Shown: positions 28,689 through 38,150, counted from the first letter of the stretch. The stretch: DNA of 54,461 nt from Bacteroidia bacterium (GCA_026391215.1 JAPLDX010000066.1:1-54461); one strand, 5' to 3'. Translations and numbers: made by a program. Notes: generated by a model from the letters alone, not told the origin.

Positions 28689-31157
28689 CTATACTCCCTC
28701 TTTATTTAGCTTTATAATTTTATCATCCGAGAAGTCGCGTTTTGGCTCATGCCCCTTAAGCGGAACGATCTTTTCATGAATTGCATCCAGTATCCAATCA
28801 GGCTGAGGGAAGAAATACTCTTCCATTTCAAAAGCAGGAATGATCCAGTTCCGTGAGCCGACGACCACAGGAGGAGCGTCAAGATAGTCGAAAGCCAGTT
28901 CGGTGATTGTCTGGGCCATCTCTTTCAGGAATGATCCCCTGGATGAGGCATCACTGGCAAGGATGATCCTCCCGGTCTTCTTAACTGATTCAATGACAGG
29001 CTGATAATTGAACGGTACCAGTGTCCTGGCATCAATCACCTCTGCATTCAGACCATAAACCTGCTTAAGAGTATCAGCAGCTTTAATTGCCGGGTATAAC
29101 GTAGCGCCTATTGTAAGTATTGTTATATCATTTCCTGAACGTTTAATATCTGGTTCGCCAATAGGTATCTCATAATATCCTTCAGGTACGCCCTCTGAAT
29201 GGAACATCTCTCCGACATCATAAATCCTCTGGCTCTCAAAGAAGATAACCGGGTCAGTTCCCTGTAATGCTGCATTCATCAATCCTTTGGCATCATAGGG
29301 TGTTGCCGGGAATACGACTTTCAATCCAGGTATATGAGCAGTCAGTGACGACCAGTCCTGTGAATGCTGGGCGCCATATTTTGAACCGACTGAAACCCTT
29401 ATTACCACCGGCATCTTTATTAAATTACCGCTCATAGCCTGCCACTTGGGGAGCTGGTTGAAGACTTCATCTCCTGATCTTCCAAGAAAATCGCAGTACA
29501 TGATCTCAGCAATAACTCTTCCGCCGCACATCCCGTAACCGATGGCAGTCCCTACTATTGCACCTTCAGAAATAGGGGAATTGAACAGGCGGTGATAGGG
29601 GAGAGCTTCTGTCAGTCCGCGGTATACTGCAAATGCTCCGCCCCAATCGCGGTTCTCCTCACCCCAGGCAGCAAGAGTGGGATCTTTGTAGAAACGGTCA
29701 ATGACAGCTTCAAAGATCCCGTCACGAAGCTGGAATAATTTTGCTTTGGAAACGGGCTTTCCATCTTTATCCTTAAAGAATCTCTCCTTATTCTTTATTG
29801 ATTTTACCCGGGGATTCTCTTCAAGAGGCAAAAGTACTTCAGGAATGGCTTCTTCCATTTTGATGGCCGATCCGTTTGAGAACATCATTTTACCAATAGC
29901 GTCAGGATCAATGTCAAGATCCAGCCGGGGTGAAATATGATCATCGACTGTAAGCTTCAGAATATGTGAAATCAGTTCAGCAATGTCATGTCTTATATCG
30001 TCAAGATGGTCCTGCTTTTCTATTCCTGCGCTGACCAGTGAATTACCAAATGAAATTATTGAATCCTCCTTTTGCCAGGCCTCTATTTCTTCCTTCGATC
30101 TGTACGATGAAGCATCGGATGGTGAATGCCCGCTAATTCTGTAAGTAAGTGTATCAAGAAGGACAGGTCCTTTCTTTTCGCTGAGAAGCTTCTTCTTGCG
30201 TTTGAATGCATCAATGACAGCAAGAGGGTTGTATCCGTCAACACGTTCTGCATGCATCATTTCGGGATTGACACCTGCCCCTATGCGTGCCAGAATATTA
30301 AAGCCCATGGTCTCGCCCATAGTCTGTCCGCCCATGCCATACAGGTTATTCATAAAGTTGAATATCAAAGGCAATCCGCCTCTGTATTCACCATCCCAGA
30401 GTGTTTTGTATTGATCCATGGTTGCAAAGCAAATACCCTCCCATACCGGGCCGCAACCCAGGGAGGCGTCGCCGATATTACATACCACAATACCAGGCTT
30501 CCTGTTTATTTTCTTATACAGTGCGGCACCGACTGAAATATCTCCTGATCCGCCTACAATAGCATTATTGGGATAAATTCCAAAAGGAGTGAAGAAGGCA
30601 TGCATTGAACCGCCCAAACCTTTATTAAAACCGTTTTCCCTGGCAAAGATCTCAGCCAGGGCTCCATATAACAGGAAATTTATTGCCAGTTCGCTGATAT
30701 TTCCCTGGAATCCTTTTTCGACAACTTTGAGGGTGCTTCCGCTGAAGTAATTGCTCATTATTGAATAGAGATCGTCATCGTTCAGCTTGTTGATTGCCGA
30801 TAATCCCTTTGCCAGTATCTCTCCATGACTCCGGTGTGATCCGAAGATATAATCGTCCACATCAAGATTATAAGCCATCCCTACTGCAGAGGCTTCCTGT
30901 CCGATTGAAAGATGAGCCGGTCCGGGATGATTATATTTTATCCCGTTATATTCATTTGTTGTTTTAATAAGGTTGAGCATGGTCTCAAATTCCCGGATAA
31001 TTGCCATGTCACGGAATATTCTCAGGAGATCATCATTGCTGAAATTCTTCTTTTCATCAGCGATGGATTTATTGTACTGATTTACAGGTATTTTCCCGAA
31101 TTCAATGAATTGCGCTTTCCGTACAATTTTTGGGTTAATGTTTTGACATTTTGGCAT
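28689..31157 (-). CDS. ThDP-dependent 2-oxoacid/acetoin dehydrogenase-type E1, fused alpha+beta
   Basis: HLSIGQEA, SHRSHG, GGSMH, GDA...NN ThDP motif, RISGHSPSD; beta part has NSPISE, EIMYCDF, GAQHSQ. Confidence 0.93.
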   Translation of the reverse strand: MPKCQNINPKIVRKAQFIEFGKIPVNQYNKSIADEKKNFSNDDLLRIFRDMAIIREFETMLNLIKTTNEYNGIKYNHPGPAHLSIGQEASAVGMAYNLDVDDYIFGSHRSHGEILAKGLSAINKLNDDDLYSIMSNYFSGSTLKVVEKGFQGNISELAINFLLYGALAEIFARENGFNKGLGGSMHAFFTPFGIYPNNAIVGGSGDISVGAALYKKINRKPGIVVCNIGDASLGCGPVWEGICFATMDQYKTLWDGEYRGGLPLIFNFMNNLYGMGGQTMGETMGFNILARIGAGVNPEMMHAERVDGYNPLAVIDAFKRKKKLLSEKKGPVLLDTLTYRISGHSPSDASSYRSKEEIEAWQKEDSIISFGNSLVSAGIEKQDHLDDIRHDIAELISHILKLTVDDHISPRLDLDIDPDAIGKMMFSNGSAIKMEEAIPEVLLPLEENPRVKSIKNKERFFKDKDGKPVSKAKLFQLRDGIFEAVIDRFYKDPTLAAWGEENRDWGGAFAVYRGLTEALPYHRLFNSPISEGAIVGTAIGYGMCGGRVIAEIMYCDFLGRSGDEVFNQLPKWQAMSGNLIKMPVVIRVSVGSKYGAQHSQDWSSLTAHIPGLKVVFPATPYDAKGLMNAALQGTDPVIFFESQRIYDVGEMFHSEGVPEGYYEIPIGEPDIKRSGNDITILTIGATLYPAIKAADTLKQVYGLNAEVIDARTLVPFNYQPVIESVKKTGRIILASDASSRGSFLKEMAQTITELAFDYLDAPPVVVGSRNWIIPAFEMEEYFFPQPDWILDAIHEKIVPLKGHEPKRDFSDDKIIKLNKEGV

Positions 31158-31209
31158 ATGAAATTATCTTATAGTCAGTAGTTTATATTGTCTTTTTTCC
31201 TTTTCTGAT

Positions 31210-31236
31210 AACCCCCCTTCAGGGGGGGTGGGGGGT
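31210..31236. repeat. REP-like C6/G6 palindrome, copy D
   Basis: AACCCCCCTTCAGGGGGGGTGGGGGGT, abutting the E2 stop codon. Confidence 0.85.
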
Positions 31237-32462
31237 CATTTATATTCAAATTTCTCTATCTGCTCTTTTATCTCTCTCAGGAACAACGTTGCCGGACCTC
31301 CGTCGATAGCCCTGTGGTCATAAGTGAGCGACAATCCCATATATGGTACAAATCCAAACGTGTTGTTGCCCAGATCGATAGGCCTGTTAATAATAGAACA
31401 GACTCCAAGGATAGCTACCTGCGGCAGGTTGATAACCGGTGTGAACATTTCCACGCCGTAGTTTCCAAGATTAGATACTGTGAATGATGCCGCCGTGCTT
31501 TTGATAAGTTCAGGATCTATATTGCCCTTGCGGCATGAATCTGCAGTTGATTTCAGCTCCCGGGACAATTGTACAAGGTCCATTTCTCCCGCATTCCTTA
31601 CCGCCGGTACCATGAGTCCGCGCGGAGTATCCACAGCTAATCCAAGATGAACTTTATTGAATGTTCTGATTGATTCACCCTGGAAATGGCTGTTGGCTTC
31701 AGGGAATTTCTCCAGGGCCCGTATCACGCACCAGCAGATCATATCGTTAAGCTTAATATCCTGCCTTGCATTTCCGGAGGCCAACCCTTCCTTGATTTTA
31801 CGTCTTGCTTCAAGAAGCTTGCGGACGTCAGCGCTCATATGATGTGTCAGCTGGGCTGAGCTTTGAAGTGAAGTATGCATGGCTTTTGCTATCAGCCTGC
31901 GGACATTGCTCAAAGGCAGTTCTGAATAATTCTTACCGTCTGAAGAGACCATTTTATCAAATTGAACAGCTCCGGATGAAGCTTTTTCAATATCGGTTAG
32001 TACAATCCTCCCGTTTGGTCCTGATCCCTGGAGATTGGTATAATTTATTCCTTTTCCCTTTGCAAGAATCCTGGCCCTTGGGGATATCCTGATCCTTGAA
32101 TCTGAAGGGGAGGCAGCTATCAGTACCTTTCCGGTTTCATGTCCGGAACCCTGTTCAGGTTTTGTTGCCGGACCGGATTCTTTTACCAGGGTGCTTCCCG
32201 GGTACAGGGATTTGATGTCTTCTCCGGGCTGGCCGATGGCTGCAACGTTTATAAGTACGGGTACTTCAGCACCTTCATCGAAGAATGTATCAAGGAGGAT
32301 GCCTTCACCCGGAGATTCCATTTCGAATGCTGCCTTATCGGTTTCATAAGAAAAGAGAATGTCTCCTGTGGAAACCTTGTCTCCCTTGTTTTTAAACCAT
32401 CGGGTGATGATGCAGGTTTCTACGGACTGTCCCTGCTTTGGCATTGTAACTGGAATGGCCAT
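31236..32462 (-). CDS. Dihydrolipoamide acyltransferase (E2)
   Basis: Lipoyl motif ETDKA; subunit-binding domain ISPRAR...GSGPNGRI; catalytic TVSNLG and DHRAIDG. Confidence 0.95.
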   Translation of the reverse strand: MAIPVTMPKQGQSVETCIITRWFKNKGDKVSTGDILFSYETDKAAFEMESPGEGILLDTFFDEGAEVPVLINVAAIGQPGEDIKSLYPGSTLVKESGPATKPEQGSGHETGKVLIAASPSDSRIRISPRARILAKGKGINYTNLQGSGPNGRIVLTDIEKASSGAVQFDKMVSSDGKNYSELPLSNVRRLIAKAMHTSLQSSAQLTHHMSADVRKLLEARRKIKEGLASGNARQDIKLNDMICWCVIRALEKFPEANSHFQGESIRTFNKVHLGLAVDTPRGLMVPAVRNAGEMDLVQLSRELKSTADSCRKGNIDPELIKSTAASFTVSNLGNYGVEMFTPVINLPQVAILGVCSIINRPIDLGNNTFGFVPYMGLSLTYDHRAIDGGPATLFLREIKEQIEKFEYK

Positions 32463-32463
32463 G

Positions 32464-32533
32464 TTAGTGGTTAGTGGTTGGTGGTTGGTGGTTGGTGGTT
32501 GGTGGTTGGTGGTTGGTGGTTGGTGGTTGGTGG
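32464..32533. repeat. Heptamer tandem repeat (TTAGTGG)2(TTGGTGG)8
   Basis: Ten units counted directly, ending 1 bp upstream of the E2 start codon. Confidence 0.97.
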
Positions 32534-32602
32534 TTTACTTGTTATTATATGTAGAATGGAATTTATTTCATAGAAAGATATCTTATTGTAAATCAGGAAT
32601 TA

Positions 32603-32610
32603 CAAAAATA
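32603..32610 (-). promoter_or_regulatory. Bacteroidota -7 promoter element for the E2/E1 operon
   Basis: The minus strand reads TATTTTTG, matching TAnnTTTG. Confidence 0.55.
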
Positions 32611-32618
32611 AAATAAAA

Positions 32619-32636
32619 TACTTGTATTTACAAGTA
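32619..32636. promoter_or_regulatory. Candidate GntR/HutC operator palindrome
   Basis: TACTTGTA-TT-TACAAGTA has perfect 8-bp arms and is close to the HutC-subfamily GT-N-TA-N-AC core. A weaker copy lies at 32536..32553. Confidence 0.7.
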
Positions 32637-32670
32637 AAATATGATATATTTACAAAAAATATTTCCTGTC

Positions 32671-33387
32671 ATGACGCCATCAAGGAATTTGCCTCAGCAC
32701 AGAAGGCTATACGAGATTCTCAGGAAGCATATTACTGAAGGGATCTACAAAGAAGGCGACCTGCTTCCATCTGAAAATGAATTGTGTCAGCTATACGGTA
32801 TGACAAGGCCGACAGTGAGGCAGTCTCTAAGCACACTGGCCAATGACGGATATATAACGAAACACCAGGGCAAGGGCAGCATAGTGCATCATCTTCCGCG
32901 GGAAATAGGTATCCTGTCTGTATCGGGAACCACATCTGCAGTCGGGAACAGGAACCTTAAAACACGGATAATCGTTAAGCCTGTTCTCATTTCATGGAAC
33001 AATGACTTCATGTTTCCCCTGTCTCAACTGGAGAAGGAGTCCGGATGCATATACATGGAGAGACTCCGCCTGCTCGACGACATTCCAATATTTTATGATA
33101 TAAGCTATATTGCCAATATCAATCTCCCAAGAATAACATCAAGGCAGTTTGAAAACAGATCGTTATTCAAGATTCTCAGGGAACATTATCATATCGAAAT
33201 AAAAGGAGGGGAGCAGAGAATAAAAGCCATACCCGCATCTTTAAAAACAAGCTCTCTCCTTCATCTTAAGAAAAACCAGCCTGTACTGCATCTTGAAAGA
33301 AAGATGGTTACTAATGTCAATGGTCTGTTCCTGTATTCGTCAATATATTGCAATACTGAGAAATATTCAATTTTCGGAAGATTCTGA
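32671..33387 (+). CDS. GntR-family regulator, HutC/UTRA type
   Basis: LLPSENELCQLYGMTRPTVRQSL..L..G HTH plus UTRA-like C-terminus. ATG 32671 preferred; alternative start 32641. Confidence 0.93.
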   Translation: MTPSRNLPQHRRLYEILRKHITEGIYKEGDLLPSENELCQLYGMTRPTVRQSLSTLANDGYITKHQGKGSIVHHLPREIGILSVSGTTSAVGNRNLKTRIIVKPVLISWNNDFMFPLSQLEKESGCIYMERLRLLDDIPIFYDISYIANINLPRITSRQFENRSLFKILREHYHIEIKGGEQRIKAIPASLKTSSLLHLKKNQPVLHLERKMVTNVNGLFLYSSIYCNTEKYSIFGRF

Positions 33388-33506
33388 AAAAATCGTCCAT
33401 AATCTTATTCTCATTGTATATTAATTATTGAAAAAAACTTAATTTTATAACTCCTGCGATTTTGCAAGATCTTATAAATTAACAAATCATTAATACACAG
33501 AGTAGT

Positions 33507-34835
33507 ATGAACAAACAGAAAAAGTTATGGTCACGACGCCAGTTCCTGACCGCTGCAGCAGCAGGTGCGGCTGGCGTAGCAATTCTCCCCGGTCTTACCG
33601 GTTGCAAGGCAAAACCAAAAGACGACGACATCATTCGCCTGGGATTCATTGGTCCGGGACAACAGTCAATGTTCTTGCTCAATGGATTTATGCAGGTAAA
33701 GGGAGTCCAGGCAATCGCCGGATGTGATGTCTACGGGATCAAAAGGAAACGTTTTGAGAAACGGGTAAATGCTTTTTATGCCAAGACAGGAACAAAAGCA
33801 AGCGTTACAACTTTCGAAAAGTATCAGGATCTTTTAGCAATAGAGGAAATTGATGCTGTTGTCATTGCTGTTCCCGATCATTCACATGCCATGATTGCCA
33901 TTGCAGCATTAAAGGCAGGCAAGGATGTTTACCTCGAAAAACCTATGACGCTCACCATCAGGGAAGGACAGGAGCTTAAAAAAGTTGTCCGTGAAACAGG
34001 AAGGGTATTTGGTCTGGGAAGCCAGCAGCGTTCCAGCGCTGAATTCCAGCATGCTGTTAAACTGGTACAATCAGGTTCTCTTGGGAAGATTACCCTGGTA
34101 AATGCTTATGTTGGAGCACCACCTATACCATATAACCTGCCCGAAGAACCAATACCTGCTGATCTTAACTGGGATCTGTGGCTTGGCCCGCTTCCGGCTA
34201 CGATTCATTACAACAGTCAGCTTGATCCTCCAATAACTCTGGATCCCGAGCAAAATGAACAATTCTGGGGAGGATGGAGATGGTATAAGCCTATGGGCGG
34301 AGGATTTACAACTGACTGGGGTGCCCACATGTTTGATATTGCACAGTGGGGACTTGGCATGGATAAGAGCGGACCGGTGGAAATTTCTCCTATCGGAGAT
34401 GGTACTGAGTTTATTATGTGGAAATATGCAAATGGTGTTGTAATGACATCAGAACCATTCAATGAAGAGAAGACAAAAGGTGTGAAATTCATCGGGGAAA
34501 ATGGCTGGATTGAGGTATCAAGAGGCTTCTTTAACGCTTCTGATCCGAAATTCATGCCTGCCGAACCAATAGCAGAAGATCCGAATGTGCCTTATGAAAC
34601 GAGAATACCTCACCAGGTTAACTTCATTGAGGCTGTAAGATCGCGCCTGGACCCTGTCGTCCCTGTTGAGGTTGGTCATAGCAGCTGTACTGTTTGTACG
34701 CTTGGGAATATTGCCTGCGAACTGAAGAGAACCATTAAATGGGATCCGGCAACCGAGACTTTTGTTGATGATACCGATGGTGCAGCAACAAAACTTCTTC
34801 AATATGAATACCGTGCACCCTGGAAACTGATCTGA
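33507..34835 (+). CDS. Tat-exported Gfo/Idh/MocA oxidoreductase, probable lipoprotein
   Basis: SRRQFL Tat motif, LTGC, DAVVIAVPDH, YLEKP, GSQQRS, WDLWLGP, DWGAHMFD. Confidence 0.92.
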   Translation: MNKQKKLWSRRQFLTAAAAGAAGVAILPGLTGCKAKPKDDDIIRLGFIGPGQQSMFLLNGFMQVKGVQAIAGCDVYGIKRKRFEKRVNAFYAKTGTKASVTTFEKYQDLLAIEEIDAVVIAVPDHSHAMIAIAALKAGKDVYLEKPMTLTIREGQELKKVVRETGRVFGLGSQQRSSAEFQHAVKLVQSGSLGKITLVNAYVGAPPIPYNLPEEPIPADLNWDLWLGPLPATIHYNSQLDPPITLDPEQNEQFWGGWRWYKPMGGGFTTDWGAHMFDIAQWGLGMDKSGPVEISPIGDGTEFIMWKYANGVVMTSEPFNEEKTKGVKFIGENGWIEVSRGFFNASDPKFMPAEPIAEDPNVPYETRIPHQVNFIEAVRSRLDPVVPVEVGHSSCTVCTLGNIACELKRTIKWDPATETFVDDTDGAATKLLQYEYRAPWKLI

Positions 34836-34848
34836 CAGATTTAGGGGC

Positions 34849-34882
34849 AAAAAAGAGGCTGTAATATTTTTACAGCCTCTTT
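34849..34882. terminator. Bidirectional intrinsic terminator
   Basis: Stem AAAGAGGCTGTAA / TTACAGCCTCTTT with A/T flanks, between convergent genes. Confidence 0.85.
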
Positions 34883-34904
34883 ATTATTGATCCCGGTAAG
34901 AAGA

Positions 34905-35102
34905 TTATTCAGCTTTTTTTACCTTAATGGCCACAGGCCCTTTTTCTCTCTGTTCAATTTCAAATTCAACAGTCTGGCCTGCTTCAAGCTCAGATTGAGG
35001 AACCTCCAGACCAGAACGATGAACGAAGATATCTTTATTATCTTCAGTCTGAAGGAAACCATAACCTTTCACTCTGTCATACCATTTAACAGTGCCTTTC
35101 AT
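34905..35102 (-). CDS. Cold-shock domain protein
   Basis: MKGTVKWY..KGYGFL (RNP1), DIFVHRS (RNP2), GQTVEFEI..KGPVA. Confidence 0.95.
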   Translation of the reverse strand: MKGTVKWYDRVKGYGFLQTEDNKDIFVHRSGLEVPQSELEAGQTVEFEIEQREKGPVAIKVKKAE

Positions 35103-35125
35103 AGTTTCTAAATTTTTTTAATGAT

Positions 35126-35440
35126 TTAGTTATCCCTTCTGTCTCCGCCAGGACCTCTGCGGTCGGGATTACCACCTCTGAAATCTCTTTTTCTGTCAGC
35201 TCTTTCAATGGATTCGTTAACAATGATCTTTCTGCCCTGAATTTCATTACCATTAAGTTCTTCAATGGCTTTTTTAGCTTCAGCTTCATTGGGCATTTCA
35301 ACGAAACCAAATCCTTTGCTTTTCCCAGAGTATTTGTCAAAAATGATCTTTGCAGATGCTACTTCGCCATACTCTTCAAATAGTTCTCTTAATTCTGCTT
35401 CATTCATTTTAAAATGAAGACTTCCAACGTAAATGTTCAT
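35126..35440 (-). CDS. RRM RNA-binding protein with RG-rich tail
   Basis: NIYVGSL (RNP2), KGFGFVEM (RNP1). Confidence 0.95.
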   Translation of the reverse strand: MNIYVGSLHFKMNEAELRELFEEYGEVASAKIIFDKYSGKSKGFGFVEMPNEAEAKKAIEELNGNEIQGRKIIVNESIERADRKRDFRGGNPDRRGPGGDRRDN

Positions 35441-35586
35441 AATTCAAATATTAAATATGTTATTAAAACAGTGTCAAAGGTCTGTTTTTTTTTTGGAAAC
35501 AAAAAATATTATGGCATAATATATTGGAATTAAGTTACTTTTTGGAGGATTTTTGTGTGATTTGGATTGGAAAAGCTTATAAAGTG

Positions 35587-37155
35587 TTATTTTTCAATCA
35601 GATCGTATATAATTCTTACCTCTACTCTTCTGTTTAGAACTCTGTGTCTTTCTTCAGTATTATTAAGAAGAGGACGACTCTTTCCATATCCGGAATAACT
35701 TAATCTCATAGAATCTATACCTTTATTAATTAGCCAATTACAAACAGCCTTTGCTCGATTAATTGATAATTCAAGGTTGTAATCATCTGTCCCAATATCA
35801 TCAGTGTGACCTTCAATATTAATCCTGATACCGGGATTATTATTTAAATATTGCAGCAAGGAATTAAGGATATCTTCTGAACTATATAATATCTTGTAAC
35901 TGTCAAACTCGAAGTTTACATTTTTAAGTACAACCGGAATACCCTGATTGAGTTTGTTTAAATCAGTCTCATATATTTCTTCTGGATTTGTAATAAGTGA
36001 ATCAGAAGGAAGGATTTTATTTATACAATAACATTCGTTAGTATCCTGTATTTCAAAGAGCTCAATATTATCAACCAAATAATATGCGGCTTTTTCAAGT
36101 CCGAATGCACTCTGAGGAATATTATCTCTTTTGTTAAGGATTAAATCTTCGGATTTAGAAAATCTTCCTGCTGTTATTATCTGTTCTCCACCATCAGCAA
36201 TGAAGTAATTGCACATAGTTTTAAAATGTTTGGTATCAACTGGCAATTCAGTGAAAGTTATTTGAGGCGAAAATGTACTTTCATTTTTACTATCCACCAA
36301 AACCGGGGAAGCTGATAAAGTAAAAGCAAGTCTGTTTGCCGTAAATTTAGAATATGAACAAAGATTCACAGATGTACGCAAACAATACTTTTTACCTCCA
36401 GTTAATGGGGAAATAAGTTTGCCTTGTATATATTCTGAATAATCTTCAGATTCCTTGTAAAGTGCAATTCCAACATATTGGAATTTATCAGGCAAAGGCA
36501 TATCAAACAGGTAGAAATAACTAATTGCATCAATATATCTTAAGCTACTGATGAAATCAGGAGTATATTCACCCGGAGTAACCCAAAATGGCATCCATTC
36601 TTCAATCTTGCTCTTACCTTCATAAGTTATAAGTTCAGGCTTATAATAGAAGAAATCAAAATCAGGATTTAAAATCAGGTTATTTCCCTTGTTAAATGGC
36701 AAATACAGAGTTGTATCACTGATTCCATAATTAAGGGATACTTTACCTGCTAACTGATTGTCGTTATAAATTTCCCTTGTTGAACTGATCAGAACGCCGT
36801 TGGAATATGTTTCCTCATTGTACTTTGTTCCTGATTCATTGAAATATATCCATTCTCCATCAGGAAGGTCATAATAATTCTTGTCAATAACCAGTTTATA
36901 ATTTTCAACTCTGCTTAATTGCCCGCTCCGGTACCAGTATTTCCATTGTTTCTCCTTTTTTTGTATTTCATATAGGATCCTCCATTTCTTGGGAATGGTT
37001 TTGTTATCAAGATATATAGGATAAGTATAAACTGAACCTTTAGATTCTAATTTCCCATCTTCATAATAGGTTCTTACCTTTTGCCGCTGAGCATTAGTGC
37101 ATATACTTAAAGTTAGAAGGAAGCTTAAAATAAGGTATCTGTTTAATCGAGACAT
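35587..37155 (-). CDS. OmpA-family peptidoglycan-binding protein with N-terminal MORN-variant repeats
   Basis: Signal peptide; repeats YYEDGKL, WKYWYRSGQL, GEWIYFNESG; C-terminal NVNFEFD, IEGHTD, LSINRA, GYGKSRP, NRRVE. Confidence 0.85.
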   Translation of the reverse strand: MSRLNRYLILSFLLTLSICTNAQRQKVRTYYEDGKLESKGSVYTYPIYLDNKTIPKKWRILYEIQKKEKQWKYWYRSGQLSRVENYKLVIDKNYYDLPDGEWIYFNESGTKYNEETYSNGVLISSTREIYNDNQLAGKVSLNYGISDTTLYLPFNKGNNLILNPDFDFFYYKPELITYEGKSKIEEWMPFWVTPGEYTPDFISSLRYIDAISYFYLFDMPLPDKFQYVGIALYKESEDYSEYIQGKLISPLTGGKKYCLRTSVNLCSYSKFTANRLAFTLSASPVLVDSKNESTFSPQITFTELPVDTKHFKTMCNYFIADGGEQIITAGRFSKSEDLILNKRDNIPQSAFGLEKAAYYLVDNIELFEIQDTNECYCINKILPSDSLITNPEEIYETDLNKLNQGIPVVLKNVNFEFDSYKILYSSEDILNSLLQYLNNNPGIRINIEGHTDDIGTDDYNLELSINRAKAVCNWLINKGIDSMRLSYSGYGKSRPLLNNTEERHRVLNRRVEVRIIYDLIEK

Positions 37156-37259
37156 TAAAAGATATATTCATTTTTTATGCCTGACTATCATAACTTCCGC
37201 TTAATAATAACCAACCACAAATAACTAATAACTATTCAGTTATAATCACAAAACTAAAA

Positions 37260-38027
37260 TCACTTTCTGTTCCTTATATAGATGTGTTTTATATTATTCT
37301 GTCCGGAGTCTCGCTCATCAATTTCGAAATCGAAGGATTTTATTAAAGGTGTAAGTTTGGTAAATCCGAAATTCCTGGGATCAAAGTCAGGCTGCTTTTT
37401 AAGGATCAGGTTGCCGACGTCCCCGAGATAAGCCCATCCGTTTTCATCAGCAAGGTCGGTGATCGAAGCAGAAATAAGCTGTTTCGTCTTTCTTGCCTGG
37501 ATCTGCTGTTCGGTTTCCTTGTTTTTAGTTACCTGCCTCACAGGCTTTCCGCCTTTCTTCTTTGAAGGATATTGTTCCTGCGAGGATGAGCTTAAGATTT
37601 CAATATAAATGAATTTATCACATGCAATAATGAAGGGGGAAGGTGTTTTACGCTCACCGAGACCTATCACTTTCATCCCTGCCTCTCTCAGCCTGGTGGC
37701 AAGCCTGGTAAAGTCACTATCGCTTGAAACAATGCAAAAACCGTCAACTTTGCCTGAATAAAGTATATCCATTGCATCAATTATCATTGCCGAGTCAGTG
37801 GCGTTTTTGCCCTGCGTGTAGCTGTACTGCTGAACCGGTGTTATTGCGTTTTCAAGCAGGACGGACTTCCATCCTGCAACCGTCGGCTTGGTCCAGTCTC
37901 CGTAAATCCTTTTAAATGTTGGAGTTCCATACTTGGCTATCTCTCCCATCATTCCTTTAACATTGCTGAAAGGGATATTATCAGCATCTATCAGAACGGC
38001 CAGTCTTAAATCCTGTAATGTTGGCAT
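37260..38027 (-). CDS. NYN (LabA/DUF88) PIN-like ribonuclease with OST-HTH/LOTUS domain
   Basis: AVLIDADN, RIYGDW, GKNATD, VSSDSDF, FDPRNFGF.KL. Confidence 0.92.
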   Translation of the reverse strand: MPTLQDLRLAVLIDADNIPFSNVKGMMGEIAKYGTPTFKRIYGDWTKPTVAGWKSVLLENAITPVQQYSYTQGKNATDSAMIIDAMDILYSGKVDGFCIVSSDSDFTRLATRLREAGMKVIGLGERKTPSPFIIACDKFIYIEILSSSSQEQYPSKKKGGKPVRQVTKNKETEQQIQARKTKQLISASITDLADENGWAYLGDVGNLILKKQPDFDPRNFGFTKLTPLIKSFDFEIDERDSGQNNIKHIYIRNRK

Positions 38028-38096
38028 GCTATATTATTTTAGCTGCAAGTTACTATAAATATTCGACCTTGTTTTCCTTTTGTTTGATGATATTAT

Positions 38097-38104
38097 TAAC
38101 TTTG
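38097..38104 (+). promoter_or_regulatory. Bacteroidota -7 promoter element upstream of the THX gene
   Basis: TAACTTTG, 46 bp before the ATG. Confidence 0.65.
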
Positions 38105-38150
38105 CCGGCACCATTCAAGGAATAATTAAAATCTAATAAAACGAAATAAT

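Noticed and set aside
32359-32616. ORF with WWLVVGG repeats
   Set aside because: It is a translation of the heptamer repeat and is antisense to the E2 start.
37260-38027. NYN gene as a defence or TA system
   Set aside because: It is a common stand-alone LabA/DUF88-type gene with no partner gene or defence-island context.
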